DNA of 64,000 nucleotides from Schizochytrium sp. TIO01 (lineage: Eukaryota > Protista > Bigyra: Labyrinthulomycetes): the NCBI GenBank assembly GCA_004764695.1, contig SMSO01000035.1, positions 1,116,001-1,180,000 on the forward strand, read 5' to 3'. Below are positions 12,301-23,118 of this stretch, piece by piece; position 1 is the stretch's first letter; every line of letters begins with the position of its first letter. The notes beneath the pieces are model-generated. The model had not been told where the DNA came from and did no database searches. It saw only the letters and a program-made list of their open reading frames with translations. The translations under genes and the position numbers were made by a program.

Positions 12301-15300
12301 GTTCGGGCATTTACAGAAGCAGAAGATCAAATTGATTATCGCGAATTTGCTATCGTGGTCGAGCTTTTGCTTACAGAAAAATTTGTCAATACATCGGTAC
12401 AAATTGTCTCCAGAACACAGAAGGGTCGACGTGCAGGAGAGTTAGATGAAAAATTAGACGCAGATGGTCAACCATTTTCTCTTAAGGAGCAAAGGCTTCG
12501 GAAGGAAATAAATTCAATAACACGAATCCAGGCCCTTGCCCGGCGTCGCATGGCCCAACGCTCTGTAGCAATTCTTAAACGTCAAATAGTAAGAGACTCT
12601 CGAACTATTGAGATATGGACTGGTACAAGTGCTCTTAGTACGTCTACAAAGGTGGACCCAAAATCATCAAACTTAGGAGCAAACGCACAACAAGTAATCG
12701 ATGAGTGGCGGAAGCTTTTGCATTTAAATACCCGGCATGGTGGTGAGGTTGTATCAGTTTTCCGAGCAATGGATACAAATTGTGATGGCGTACTGACACT
12801 TGAAGAGCTCTCAAACGCACTGCGACGCTACTCTGTTGATACTCGCCGCACCAACATGATCTTCCGTGAAATGGACCTAGACAATGATGGAGCTATCGAT
12901 CTTACAGATTTTAAAATGTTCCTTCAAGGGTCAAGAAGGAAAATATCTGGTGAGAGCGAGGAGAATCCTGCTGATGCACATTCTGTTATGCATAACATGA
13001 TTGAAGAGCTTGGTATCGATCTTTGTGCAAAAGTGAGGCGCTACTATTCGGTCTTAAAGCGCTGTGGTACCGACCTCCTTGAGCTACTACTATACCGCCC
13101 TCGAGGGGTAACCATGTCTTCTGTGCTACGTAAACAGGGCTTTGTCCTTGACACTGCAGAGTGGAAACGTCTTGAGGTTCACTTTGCAGGTATGGCAGAT
13201 CGGCGAGGGGATCGTTTGGTGTGCGAGACCTTTGTGAAAATGATGTCTCTCACGCAGGATGAGTTTGATGAACAACAATTTAACAAGCACGAATACCACT
13301 TACGAGACTATCTGCAAAAATCCAAAATTGACAGTGATGGTATCACTGGCCTTGGTAGATTGTGCCATAGAGTTATTGCAGGCATTAAAGAATTATGTAA
13401 AGACCCCAAAAGGAGCAAGTTCAAGCATGAGATACTGTGGTGGTTACTTGCAATCCATGAACCTGAAATCTCTTTAGAGATGGATCGTTTAGATTTAGAG
13501 CAATTTCTACGTACTATCAAGCTTCGGCCAACATCTTATGAGCTTGATCAAATTTTCCAAGCCCTCGATGAATCAGAGTCGGAAACTGTGTCATGCCGTG
13601 AACTTGCGCGACTTTTTGGCATTAGTCGTCGCATCAATGAGTATCTAGAAACTGACTATCTATACTCGAGGTTCTGTAGATCGTACGTAATGACACACCG
13701 TCTTCGCCTTGGCTTTCAAAGTTTTGAGGTCTCGCGAGCTGCTAGACGTGGGGGCTCAGCTTCTGCTGTTCATTGGCTTCGAGATACCATCGGGGTAGGA
13801 GCATACCGCAAACTCCGAGCAATGCTCGTTGCATCTGTTGCACGTGGTCTTCGGTTTATTAGTGGCACATGGCTCAGTGAGCGTATGCGTGCGAAGCTAG
13901 GATTTTGCAGCAGTGCGCACTTTGAGCGAGCTTTGCTTGAGCTTGGCCTTGGTCTATCACAAGACGAAATGCATAACTTGTGCAAAGCTCTGTGCAGTTC
14001 AAAAGGAGAACTTGATGTTTTCGAGTTTGCTGACCTTTGTGAAGTGGTCTTCACAACCCCGTCTGCTTCATCAGGTTCAACTGCTGGAGATGGTCTTAGT
14101 GAAGATATAGAGGCAGAAAAAGCACGCACAGAAACTGAAAGATACCTTCGAGAGATTTTGCAAGAGTATATTCGAACTCCAACTGGCCATCGAAATATCC
14201 TTCAGGTGTTTGAATCTTTTGATACACAAAAGAATGGTACCCTTGACCAATCTGAGCTTGAAGCGGTATTTCAAAATCTTGGTGTAGATTTATCCAAGGT
14301 TGATATTGGCGCCTTGCTCCGGCATTACGATGTTAATGGAGATGCACAACTCAGCTACATGGAGTTCTTAGAGGCTATTGATATCCGGGTTCATGCTGTT
14401 ATAGAGCAGGACGCAGCAAGCAGTCTCGAGAGCAAGCTTCCCAAAGTCAAAGTCGATATTGATCTTTCTCTTGTACAAGACAAGCTGTCTGGCTACGCGT
14501 TGCGCACAAAGCTTTGCCGTGAAGACGTTGATGATGCATGCGGAAGGATTCGGGCAATAGGTTTGCTAAGCAGACGCGATGTTGTGGATATCCTTGCTGC
14601 GCTCGGCCTTGCTCAATGCTTAAGCGATTCCGAGCTTTACATATTCTCACGCTACACTAAAAGACGTTTTAAGGCTTTCCTCATGAATGTTATTAAAGCC
14701 AGGGCCTTGCGTCAGCCTCGAAATGCAGTGAAGGGAGGTAGAGGTGGAGTAGCTTCAAATGCTATGCGTTTTGCTGGAGCAGCAAGAGGACAATTTGGTG
14801 ACAAAGGCGGTGCTTTGGCTCCAGATACTGCGGTGATTTTCAAAAATGCAACTAGTACAACAAGTGACGGAATTGTTGTCGGGCCCGGTCGAAACAAAGA
14901 TACGTTTGACGTGCGTTTACAAAATGGCAAGCTGGTGGAGAATGTAAAGCGCAGCCAGTTTGTTGTGTCAGGTGGCCGACCTGCTATATGTGAAAATGCC
15001 ATGGTTGTAGATAAGGCTAGTGGTAAAAAAGGTATTGTCGTACGCTTCACACCTGCGGACCCATCGCACGTGGATGTTCGGATCAAAAATAAGATTTATA
15101 AGAACGTCCCAATTTCGTCACTCGAGGTTCTCCCCTCAGATGAGACTGTTGCAAGCCTCAAACAAGGAATCCGAGTTTATGCATACTCTCGGGTTGACAA
15201 GTTATATTACGCAGGAACTATCCTGCGCACCGATTCTCGTGATGGTGTTGTAGATGTAGAGTTCGACCATGGGGAACTTGAGCTAACTCTTTTGCCAAAA

Positions 15301-15342
15301 GATGTTCGATCTATTCGCAAAACTGCAAATAACAATAAATGA
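9373..15342 (+). CDS. Giant multidomain Ca2+-binding protein: SAM-like, TIR-like, Tudor/SH3-like barrels, many EF-hands, IQ motif
   Basis: Uninterrupted ~1990-aa ORF. EF-hand loops DTNGNGQLEAAD, DTNCDGVLTLEE, DLDNDGAIDLTD, DTQKNGTLDQSE and DVNGDAQLSYME. IQ motif IQALARRRMAQR. Tudor-like YYAGTI...VDVEFDHGE. Confidence 0.85.
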   Translation: MTNYPCHCGEHEASCSCIPGRTVASAQIKNDLRGSTGDLRVDGQHLKHKPASPVSPRKLLIGKGKKSDFLFKDRLRIAAEYWHKRENFQTHWAGQWDTDRVAQFLHYITGVYPESLQINGKQLLRVSIYTHLQIVNHDHEAAAEEFLTVVPSAIHRKKVIRLLMQTKAPILIKDSSKQSLGYVPSQESITTVAPTQSSTVLSNIMDEDQRIAILKAQTNRPIVHVSCLKHVSSNQPQHLDIKIATASFALENSFAHEQELNVATSSKTQNNVNCRQPQVLTGKKDTALLPGVELTIVPRFQHAGIQFNPAKQTIKWLREQHEIAFEVEWRGGRERILYGHVEVWAGPVIIARGPIQLENGDAFRADNTPTKEADPSRLLSIDFTFFQRVNLVYLASDQYLNSALSRVEVNLRRFITLNHVLKEEGNIRSAWGSSKERGVQLIQIFLSHEAQSSKPFIKTVETITQLIENAKQLCEARPEVIVHSWSHPRPDRDLGPALAQLQSLIGSKTFVFHGFAMNQSSDATPYFTPSRPGKLFNLAPGTPIKYESSGEWLRGHIILTSEKSGTFTIAPSDGGKPIHGIPEHSIRVLGPESRFGDQQTSQDTQHGNYRISNSKSSGTKRSRRRRDIFASLEVGENVFARIFPSKEYLAGVVVALHSASLTVDVAFNNGRAASQLDVRYVRQRPQRVQAQMQFHGGSKHGNNIDGAGHIDLQNRERTGGLAYGTLVQVLQTASAPGVCVTGRIKQSREYGLKYDVMLSNGELVENIPVRLLQVLDDSFHDVASPSNNASKHQQQGESSGSHNSPEHTYVDAMCDRFRQVIRDAAQARSDGRELRVQFNRLDTNGNGQLEAADFLSSLHDLGFRPTESEILEFVDRMSSHKDGFVSYVDFVRFALPDGISQGERQLKRSMAYYQASLEANGVLAELERALKSRIGELWEHLVESDVTALGILKEDTFTRCLQRLQIQLTSDQRVALVRAFTEAEDQIDYREFAIVVELLLTEKFVNTSVQIVSRTQKGRRAGELDEKLDADGQPFSLKEQRLRKEINSITRIQALARRRMAQRSVAILKRQIVRDSRTIEIWTGTSALSTSTKVDPKSSNLGANAQQVIDEWRKLLHLNTRHGGEVVSVFRAMDTNCDGVLTLEELSNALRRYSVDTRRTNMIFREMDLDNDGAIDLTDFKMFLQGSRRKISGESEENPADAHSVMHNMIEELGIDLCAKVRRYYSVLKRCGTDLLELLLYRPRGVTMSSVLRKQGFVLDTAEWKRLEVHFAGMADRRGDRLVCETFVKMMSLTQDEFDEQQFNKHEYHLRDYLQKSKIDSDGITGLGRLCHRVIAGIKELCKDPKRSKFKHEILWWLLAIHEPEISLEMDRLDLEQFLRTIKLRPTSYELDQIFQALDESESETVSCRELARLFGISRRINEYLETDYLYSRFCRSYVMTHRLRLGFQSFEVSRAARRGGSASAVHWLRDTIGVGAYRKLRAMLVASVARGLRFISGTWLSERMRAKLGFCSSAHFERALLELGLGLSQDEMHNLCKALCSSKGELDVFEFADLCEVVFTTPSASSGSTAGDGLSEDIEAEKARTETERYLREILQEYIRTPTGHRNILQVFESFDTQKNGTLDQSELEAVFQNLGVDLSKVDIGALLRHYDVNGDAQLSYMEFLEAIDIRVHAVIEQDAASSLESKLPKVKVDIDLSLVQDKLSGYALRTKLCREDVDDACGRIRAIGLLSRRDVVDILAALGLAQCLSDSELYIFSRYTKRRFKAFLMNVIKARALRQPRNAVKGGRGGVASNAMRFAGAARGQFGDKGGALAPDTAVIFKNATSTTSDGIVVGPGRNKDTFDVRLQNGKLVENVKRSQFVVSGGRPAICENAMVVDKASGKKGIVVRFTPADPSHVDVRIKNKIYKNVPISSLEVLPSDETVASLKQGIRVYAYSRVDKLYYAGTILRTDSRDGVVDVEFDHGELELTLLPKDVRSIRKTANNNK

Positions 15343-15531
15343 TATCAAAGTGATGCTCCCAGAATTGATATTTGCGGGCACATCCTCTTTCATTTGGATA
15401 AGGATTGAAAGTATATCATTTCTTAAGTTTTTTCATGTCTATAATAGATCAAAATTGTAGAAAGTGTAGTAATAAAAATTTGGAACAGTTGCAGTTTGAT
15501 TAGCTTTTATGTCTGTGTCCTGAAGCACATT

Positions 15532-16845
15532 CTAGTCCAGGAGATCAGAAAGGGAAGGCGAGGAGATGGGGGAGCAATCGTCCTCACCAAGGGTAAGATC
15601 ATCTTTATCCTCTTCTAGAATTTTTCCTTTTCCCAGAGGCTTGGGTTGAGAAAAAGGAGTCAGCATAACTAAAGGTGGCGGCGGCGTATCACCTTCCTCA
15701 TATTCTTCTTCATTCAAATTTTTAGACACCTTGGTAGATTCTTCACCAGGGATCTGAAGGGGCGGAAGCATGACTTTATTGGAGCGAAAACTACTCTCAC
15801 TTGACGGAGTAAAAGATGCTTGACTCAGCAAATCTTCATCGATGTCCTCTCCTAGATCAAACTCCCCACTTAGCAACAGCTCCCCGTCATCAAGTTGAGT
15901 ATCTTCATCTGAGCATTTTCTAAAATTTGTCACAGTATCAATGTCTTCCTTTGTCTCCTTTTCTGAGTTAGACAATCTGGGTTTGCCATAATTACTAGTT
16001 TGAAAGCTACTTAGTGTGTTGTAGTCATGAGTATTTGGCTGGCCGTGACTGTTGGGATGATCTTTGTTCTTCTCAATTCCAGAAACATCAGCAGCAATGG
16101 AGTGGAGAGGTTCACCACAAGCTACAGCAGAAACGCGTCCGATAGTGTATCTCGTACGATCGATGTCGTCATCGTCATCGTCATCGTCGTCATCACTATC
16201 AGCATCATCATCATCGCCATCAGCATCATCGCCATCAGCATCATCGCCATCAGCATCATCGCCATCAGCATCATCGTCATTATCAAGATGGTTGTCGTTG
16301 GCGCTTCCAGCAACACTAACACCATCCTCGTTTCTAGACTCTAAAGATTTGTATGACTGAGCGTTAGCTTCAATCTCAATTCTCAAAGCGTTCCCTTTGC
16401 TGCCTGTGCTTGAAAGAGCGCGTAAACTATTTTCAACAGTTTTGTGGAGTTCGTGTGAGGTGCTGTTTATTTCTGTTGATGATAAGTTTATTTGCGTCTG
16501 AACAATAGGTTCAAGTTCATCAAGCTCCTTGTTCTCTATCTCAGTTTCTTCATGGGTGACTTTCGGATTACTACTTTGGTTTTCAGTATGATTCACGTCG
16601 TTTTCACTGTCCAAATCGTCGTCAGGGTTTTCAAAGGTCTCAAGAAAGCCCTGGAGTTTCTCCACTTCATCATGTTGCTTCGCTTTTAATGAATCAAAGT
16701 TTCTCACAATCCTCCACAAATCTTTGGCGGGGGCATTTAAAAACCACTCTTCATTTCTCCCAACCTCCAGAGCTTCCAGTCTACACAAACGCAGCTCTGC
16801 AAGCCTCTCCATGGCACCATCTTCAGACATGGCTGCCATATTCAT
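15532..16845 (-). CDS. Hypothetical acidic low-complexity protein
   Basis: 437-aa ATG-initiated ORF with a short helical N-terminus followed by an Asp/Glu/Ser-rich, probably disordered body. Confidence 0.7.
   Translation of the reverse strand: MNMAAMSEDGAMERLAELRLCRLEALEVGRNEEWFLNAPAKDLWRIVRNFDSLKAKQHDEVEKLQGFLETFENPDDDLDSENDVNHTENQSSNPKVTHEETEIENKELDELEPIVQTQINLSSTEINSTSHELHKTVENSLRALSSTGSKGNALRIEIEANAQSYKSLESRNEDGVSVAGSANDNHLDNDDDADGDDADGDDADGDDADGDDDDADSDDDDDDDDDDIDRTRYTIGRVSAVACGEPLHSIAADVSGIEKNKDHPNSHGQPNTHDYNTLSSFQTSNYGKPRLSNSEKETKEDIDTVTNFRKCSDEDTQLDDGELLLSGEFDLGEDIDEDLLSQASFTPSSESSFRSNKVMLPPLQIPGEESTKVSKNLNEEEYEEGDTPPPPLVMLTPFSQPKPLGKGKILEEDKDDLTLGEDDCSPISSPSLSDLLD
16164..16280 (-). 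repeat. Coding 15-bp tandem repeat (DADGD)x4 plus poly-Asp
   Basis: CATCAGCATCATCGC units on the + strand followed by TCA/TCG triplets. This repeat also produces the spurious overlapping ORFs in the track. Confidence 0.85.
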
Positions 16846-17819
16846 AGTAGTTGTCCCTCGTTATAAATCCGCTGTTTTTGACGATTCTCGTAAATCTTGA
16901 TACATCTACCAGCGTCTACAACTACGCCTCAAATTGCTTGAGCCCGTTTCTTTATTCCATCAAATGCATGTGCTATGGGCTACAGATTGTTTGAGACCAT
17001 GCATGCAATGTGTGCTTGTGCTTGAGCTTGCTTTGCAAAGACAGACATTCGTGCATTCCAGTTTTGCATCTTGCCGTTTCAATACGCGTTGTCCGGGTTG
17101 CGCAGTCCACACTGGGCCCATTTTAATACCTTAATGCACTTCTGGTACATTAAATAAAGGTTTTAAGGTGGTGTAAAAGCGTCTCTCTCACATCCATCTT
17201 TTCCAGTTTCCAATACCTCTAGCTGGCTTGAGGATCTGTCGCTTCGCGAGACGCTCGACGAGCGCGTAGCTGTTACTGGCGTCGAGCCAGGTTTGACAGC
17301 TTTCTCCTTGGTCTGCTCTGGCGTTGGCGACTTCTCATAAAACGAGGCGCTCGCTTCGAGTGGGCATCAGCCATCAATTGAATTGTAAGCACGTGTGCAC
17401 GTGCAGATACATAGGAAACCTAGAGAAGTACTTAGTTCTGCATTTTGCATTCGATTCTAGTTGGCTTCTTTCGCTTTTTTGCTTTCGCAAGAGCTGGGAG
17501 CGCTTTGAGATCAGCTTCAAGGTTAGGGGAGCAAGTAGCTAGTTGAGCCTTACTTTTACCGAATCATTTAGGAAGCAGGTTCTTTGCCGAGAGACAACGA
17601 AGTAGTTAAGCTTGCGCGCCGGTCCATTTAAAGAGATTTAGCCTCTAATTTTTCGTTGAGGGCCTTGTTGACAATAAAGCTCATCTGATACCTTCTCCGC
17701 TCTGCGTATTCTGGGTACATCAAGGCTGTCATCAAGGCTGTAGTTCATTTAAATACAATTTGGAACGTCTGAAAGGTCAATTGACGTCTTGCAACATCGG
17801 TACAACGAATTGAAGCAAG

Positions 17820-19076
17820 ATGGGCCTGTTCTCTCCCAAGAAAGAAAATGAGGTTTCTGCTGTAGTAACGACGGAAATCGACAGTAACGGGCGTACTAAA
17901 GATGGAGACCTCGATGAAAACGAGATGCTCGAGGTATACAACGAACAAAGCTCTGTGCTTAAGTTCACGCCGTCTGGTGGTTCTCAATGCCAGCAATCAT
18001 CTCGTTTCATTATGTGGATACTCTTCATTTGCACCTGTGCTGTAGTCGCTCTAGTTTCTCGTGGGTTTGCAAGACTCCGGGATGCCTTTGACACAGAGGT
18101 TACTGATACGGATGAGTTTTACACATGGCATTCCACTAGTCGCAATTCCAGTGCAGATTTGGCCTTGAATGCTTCCTACACAGCCAAAATCGCAGCTGGT
18201 GCAGATCCATTAGATCTTTGTGATGTTCCTTTTTTCATGGATGGCGACTCTAATGCTTTATTGATTGACACAATTGATCACATCGATTTCTTGGTCAACA
18301 TTTTCTTTGTCACTGGTGCCATTGCTGCAACAATTTACCTTCTGACTAAGTTCTGTGTAACATATGGTCTCTCGACAAAGGACACTCGCAACGAAGCAGC
18401 TCCGGGAGAACGCCCTGTTCTCGACGTTTACGTTGGAGGGCACCCTGAGACACGTGCTGAACGCCGAGTACGTATTTTCTTGCGCGGTGAGACCCTTGGC
18501 TACATGTTGGCACAAGGTTTGCAGGATGTACCCCTAATTACGTTTTCTATGGTCTACTTTGCGATGCGCGCTTCAGTTCGTGGTACAAAGTGTGCACAAT
18601 GTGTAGCCGCGGGTGAGCTTTGTGAACCTGATTACTTTTCGGACATTGATTTCAGTGTTAAGTTGGCAATTGGCGCCGTTTCTGTTTCTCTCCTATGGAA
18701 CGCAGGCCTACTTGCAGAGCGTTGGGTGGAATTTGCCAAGTACAAGAAGAAGAAGCGCCAGGAGCACTACAACCCGCGCAAGTACATCATTAATACCGTC
18801 ATTTTCTTCATCGTTTACATCATCACGATCGTATCGCCAATGGCCATGATTACTCACTACTACCTTGGTCCATTCCTGCCCATCTTGGACTCTACGCAGG
18901 GTGTGTATGTTGTGGGAGTTATCGGTCTTATCTTTTGGGCTATTGCCATTATCATTCTCAACCTCGTCGCTGGTATTGACCCTGGTGAGATTCTTTCGTG
19001 CCCTGTGCTTTGCTGTGAGATTGCAGAGGTTGCTTGCGAGCCATGTCTTCAGAGCTGTGTGTGCTGTTGTTGTTAA
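17820..19076 (+). CDS. Multi-pass membrane protein of unknown function with Cys-rich C-terminus
   Basis: 418-aa ORF with about 6 hydrophobic segments, N-glycosylation sequons (NSS, NAS) in the first loop, a QDVP motif and a tail CCEIAEVACEPCLQSCVCCCC. Confidence 0.8.
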   Translation: MGLFSPKKENEVSAVVTTEIDSNGRTKDGDLDENEMLEVYNEQSSVLKFTPSGGSQCQQSSRFIMWILFICTCAVVALVSRGFARLRDAFDTEVTDTDEFYTWHSTSRNSSADLALNASYTAKIAAGADPLDLCDVPFFMDGDSNALLIDTIDHIDFLVNIFFVTGAIAATIYLLTKFCVTYGLSTKDTRNEAAPGERPVLDVYVGGHPETRAERRVRIFLRGETLGYMLAQGLQDVPLITFSMVYFAMRASVRGTKCAQCVAAGELCEPDYFSDIDFSVKLAIGAVSVSLLWNAGLLAERWVEFAKYKKKKRQEHYNPRKYIINTVIFFIVYIITIVSPMAMITHYYLGPFLPILDSTQGVYVVGVIGLIFWAIAIIILNLVAGIDPGEILSCPVLCCEIAEVACEPCLQSCVCCCC

Positions 19077-19703
19077 TCGAGGCCTTAATTTGGTGGCTTC
19101 GTTCATTCTTCGCGTTCAACTGAGAGAATGTAATAAGAACTCTGATGAGTATCTTTGCATGCTTGGCTTTTCAATAATCCATTTCGTAATCATTAGCAAT
19201 TCCAATCATTGCAGATAAATCATGTTGTTTGTTTATATTTCGCCGCAATTCCGCTTTGGGCTAAGACAGTTGATATCATTTTAAAAATTCGCAGAGCAGG
19301 GTTATTTCTAGGTGAATACTTTTTTAAATTTTAAAGGATATAATGAGGCAGAGCTGTAATCGTAACGACTAAAATCATATCACTATTGTATTGATGCAAG
19401 TAAAAAATTCTAGCTATGTGATTAAAGAATTACTTTGAGAGTTTGTTGTGGGAGATAATGATGGGGTTCAATAAAATTCGGGTTTGGCGGGCGCCCATAT
19501 TTAGCCGCCTTTCCCAGATTATCCCCGTTCGTCATAAGACAACACGATATTCAGTATGATAAGAGTGAGCTAATGAATCCTACGAGATCAAGCGAATGCG
19601 CGAGCACATACACGATTAGCAACAGCAAGATCGGCCCCAAGATTCAAGAGCCTGAAGTCACACGGGGACGGAGCGAAAAGACTGGAAAGTGGGACGCATA
19701 GGT

Positions 19704-21068
19704 TTACAAGAGCACCACTCCAATCTCCTCGGGCTTGATTTCCTGGCCGACAGCGTAGTTGTAAAGGTAGTAGTGGAGGTTTCCATCGCCAATACCAAAT
19801 AGGAGGTCCTTGAGAATGGTCTTGTTTTCCATGAGATCCAAAGCGTTAAATACGTCAAACTCGTTGGCGTTAGCGTGAATAAGTGCATCGCGCATGAGCT
19901 GCTTGAAAGACACCGTAGTAGCAACGTTGTAGAACGAGTATGCTGCTTTGAGGTGGTTGTACTCATCATGGCCCAGAATGCTGCTAGGGAGGTTGTAAAA
20001 GCTGCAGAAATCAGTAACGTTGCCGTCCTTGTCAGTGATGACATAGGAGTACACCACGTTGTCGCGCGGGAGTAGCCAATGAGCAACCTCATCCTCATCA
20101 AACTCAATCCAAATCTTGAACTGCTCCTGGTGCTTGCGGAGAAGCTTGGTGACTCCAGCCACATGCTTTGCCTCCATCTTAACAGTGCCAGACTGCGCCT
20201 CATCAGGCAACTTGTACAGCTTGATGGTGCGAGCCATCGTCATGCGATCTCCAAGTCGAGAGAATCCCACACCAATGAGCTTCTTTGGGTTGAGGGATCT
20301 GTGCCAGTACCGCGCGACTCCAATAGGTTCAGGAATGCGAACTCCAGCAGTGTAAACTGCCTGCCACTTGTCTTCCACATTCACTCGCCTTGTGACCTCC
20401 TTGATTAGCACCGGTGCCAATCTTTTGCTTCTGAGTTTCTTGTGTACACACAAGAAGTTAATCTCAGCCATATCAACGACCTTGTCGTGCACGTGCACCT
20501 TGGCAGGCACGCCTGTGATCATTGCAAGCAACTTCTTGTTGCTGGACTGCCGCACTCCAACGTGCCACTCGGGCGAGTAACCGGGCGGCTTGAGGGCCCA
20601 CTCGAGAAACTCCGGAGCATAGTCAAATCTAAACATGTTGTCATCATCCTCAACATAGTTCTCCGTCAGAAGCGTGTATGCCTCCTTCACTTGCTCCGGA
20701 TCTTCGACGTCGATCGTGCTCCACTCGAATCCCTTCGGCAGCGCATATGGTGTCTGGCGCACGTCCGAAACAGTCTTAGTTTCGAGAGGACCCACAGTGG
20801 GCACTGCAGCTTCGCTAGAATCAACCTCGGAGCTAGAGACAGCACCATTCTGAGGAACTGGCTGTGTGCTCCAGAATTTGTGCTGCTTCGCGTTGCCGCC
20901 AAAGAGCGTGCGGCGGAGCTCAATGAGTTGCTCGAGACGCTTACGCTCAGCAGCAATAGCGTCAGCATCAGGGGCGGGCGGTGCCTCAGAGCTCAGCTCA
21001 GTGGCCTCCAGCGTCTCCGTGACATCTTCCACAGAGGGCTTGGCGTTGCTGTCGGAGTCTCCGCTCAT
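19704..21068 (-). CDS. NMT: Glycylpeptide N-tetradecanoyltransferase (N-myristoyltransferase)
   Basis: HKFWSTQPV, NYVEDDDNMFRFDY, EINFLCVHKKLRSKRLAPVLIKEVTRRVN, FGIGDGNLHYYLYN and a C-terminal GVVLL. Confidence 0.97.
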   Translation of the reverse strand: MSGDSDSNAKPSVEDVTETLEATELSSEAPPAPDADAIAAERKRLEQLIELRRTLFGGNAKQHKFWSTQPVPQNGAVSSSEVDSSEAAVPTVGPLETKTVSDVRQTPYALPKGFEWSTIDVEDPEQVKEAYTLLTENYVEDDDNMFRFDYAPEFLEWALKPPGYSPEWHVGVRQSSNKKLLAMITGVPAKVHVHDKVVDMAEINFLCVHKKLRSKRLAPVLIKEVTRRVNVEDKWQAVYTAGVRIPEPIGVARYWHRSLNPKKLIGVGFSRLGDRMTMARTIKLYKLPDEAQSGTVKMEAKHVAGVTKLLRKHQEQFKIWIEFDEDEVAHWLLPRDNVVYSYVITDKDGNVTDFCSFYNLPSSILGHDEYNHLKAAYSFYNVATTVSFKQLMRDALIHANANEFDVFNALDLMENKTILKDLLFGIGDGNLHYYLYNYAVGQEIKPEEIGVVLL

Positions 21069-22452
21069 GCTTGCTTGTTTTAAGTTGCTAGATTATTCGA
21101 TGATCTCGAAACCCGGAACGAATGAGAAAATGATTGTCGAGAGGAGGCACTGCCTTCCTCGGGGAGCTTGAGTGAGGTTGCCGAAGGCTCGCGTCCGACG
21201 TATTGGCGACCGGGTTTAGCCAGATGGGATTCTGTTTCCTTGCTGAGACGTCTCAGTGATTGCGATTGAGCGTCTCGATGATCTGGAACGATGGCGTCTG
21301 TTCTTTTGACAGTCCTATTGTAAAAGCTATATAAGAGTTATGATAGAGAGAACGTATTTGTCTGTGAAATATTTAAGACAGATGTGCTGTGGAGTGGGCG
21401 GTTTTACATATAAATAAAATGAGGGAAGGACAGCCAGGGAATTACTTGTAGTAGTTGTATAATCTAATAGCGGTAAACAGAGAAGATGGCAGGAACGGTT
21501 AGATTGGTAGATTGGTTACATTAGGCCAAGTACATAAAGTACATCGAAATGGCAAAAATTTTACAGTGCCATGATCTAAATTCACGTTTCACAGAACAAG
21601 GTCTAAAATATCATCTGAGCGCAGACCCAAGGTCATTTCTCATGGCTTACAACAGGTGCAATCGCTAGTTGTTTAGTTATGGCCCAATGTACTGAGGGAC
21701 TGATTGGGAGCCGATTGATAACATATTTTATTCATCTGCAAACATTCTCGTTTCAGCGATTTTCCAACAAATGTTCTTGAAAGCACATCAGGCCATCTTT
21801 ATCTAAAGTCAGGGTGACACGAGTGTGACGGCGCTGATCTTTCATGCAGCAGAGTGTCGAGACGCTCGATTCTTAGTTCCCGCTGTTTGACAGCTTGTGC
21901 TCCACCGTAATAAGAGGCAGGTACAGAGCAAATTGTATCATCTGTGACATGACGACGATGAAAATGTAAGGTTCTGCTGATGTCTCCATGGCGAATCTCA
22001 TACGTGCTAAAAAGACGCCTACTCAATAGGCGGTGAGTAGCAATAAATGGCTCTTAAAGACCACGTGAAAGAGGAAAAGCAAACGAAATTACTAACTTGC
22101 AAGCTTATTCAATATCATTTCCCTTTTGGGGGGGGCATTCGTCCATTTCGCAATTGCAAATTTTAATGGTTCATGCTACAAATTCAAGCTAGGCTCTGGT
22201 GGATGCGATTCTCACCAAAGGATTTGTATTCCTACGGATGCTTCAATTGCTTCAAGGTCCATCATTATTGCTGTTGCTTCTTTTTGTTTTAATTTTAATT
22301 TTCAAAATTAGAAAGAATGTATCATTTAACATTCTTTTCATTGAATCACATTCACTCATTCTCGTTCATCGCTCATTGTCAAGCCCGATTTCTTCGGCAA
22401 AGCCACAATTGTCTAGAGCACTGGCACATATAGCCCTTCGCTGTTTCGCACA

Positions 22453-23118
22453 ATGTCCACATCTCCGGCGGGATTCAAGACCACACTTCAGCTGTACCGC
22501 GACTGCCTGCGCGTGGTTAAGCTGGTGGCTGGGGAGGTAAGTTTCTGTGCAGCGCTACGTTCATTCATGGTCTTGCCATCCACCCGTCTTCTATCGCACA
22601 GTGCCTCTTGGGAGCGAGGACCAGGCTGAGTGAACGCATCCTTTGTTTGAAATCAGCAGCGAATGAACCTTAGCTCGTGGTGTCAAAACGAACAATGAGG
22701 AATATTGAAAAACTGACGGAAAAGTTGTGAATGAACGTATGTACATAAATATGTTTGGGAAATATTGCGGGAATGAAATAAATACTACTCGGGCTGCACA
22801 TATCAACTGTGACATGAACTTTACTGCAATTGCTGAACACGTAAAACTTAATTTTTATGTGATTTGGGATTATGATTATGGCATTCGTAGAGCCCAAAAG
22901 GCATACAGATGCGGGCCATGGTGCGTGCGGAATTCCTGAAGAGCAAGGACGAGACGGACCCGGATAAGATTGAGGCCCTGAAGTTTAACGCAGTGCGTGC
23001 CCTCAGCAACTACTCGCTTTACAATGCGTCCACGAAAGACCCGCAAATGAAAGCCCGCATGAAGAAGCGCGCTGCTCAGCTTGAGCAGGAAAAGAAGCCT
23101 AACGGAAGTAGCGCATAA
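22453..23118 (+). CDS. LYR-motif (Complex1_LYR) mitochondrial protein, ~103 aa; exons 22453-22536 and 22891-23118
   Basis: Exon 1 encodes MSTSPAGFKTTLQLYRDCLRVVKLVAGE. Intron 22537-22890 (GAG|GTAAGT...TCGTAG|) joins in phase 0 to SPKGIQMRAMVRAEF...ETDPDKIEAL, giving a typical LYR...R.EF...D..I pattern. Confidence 0.85.

Noticed and set aside
17820-17845. N-terminal Gly (MGLFSPKK) as a myristoylation substrate of the neighbouring NMT
   Set aside because: Pro occupies the position where Ser/Thr is preferred, and gene adjacency does not imply a functional link in eukaryotes.
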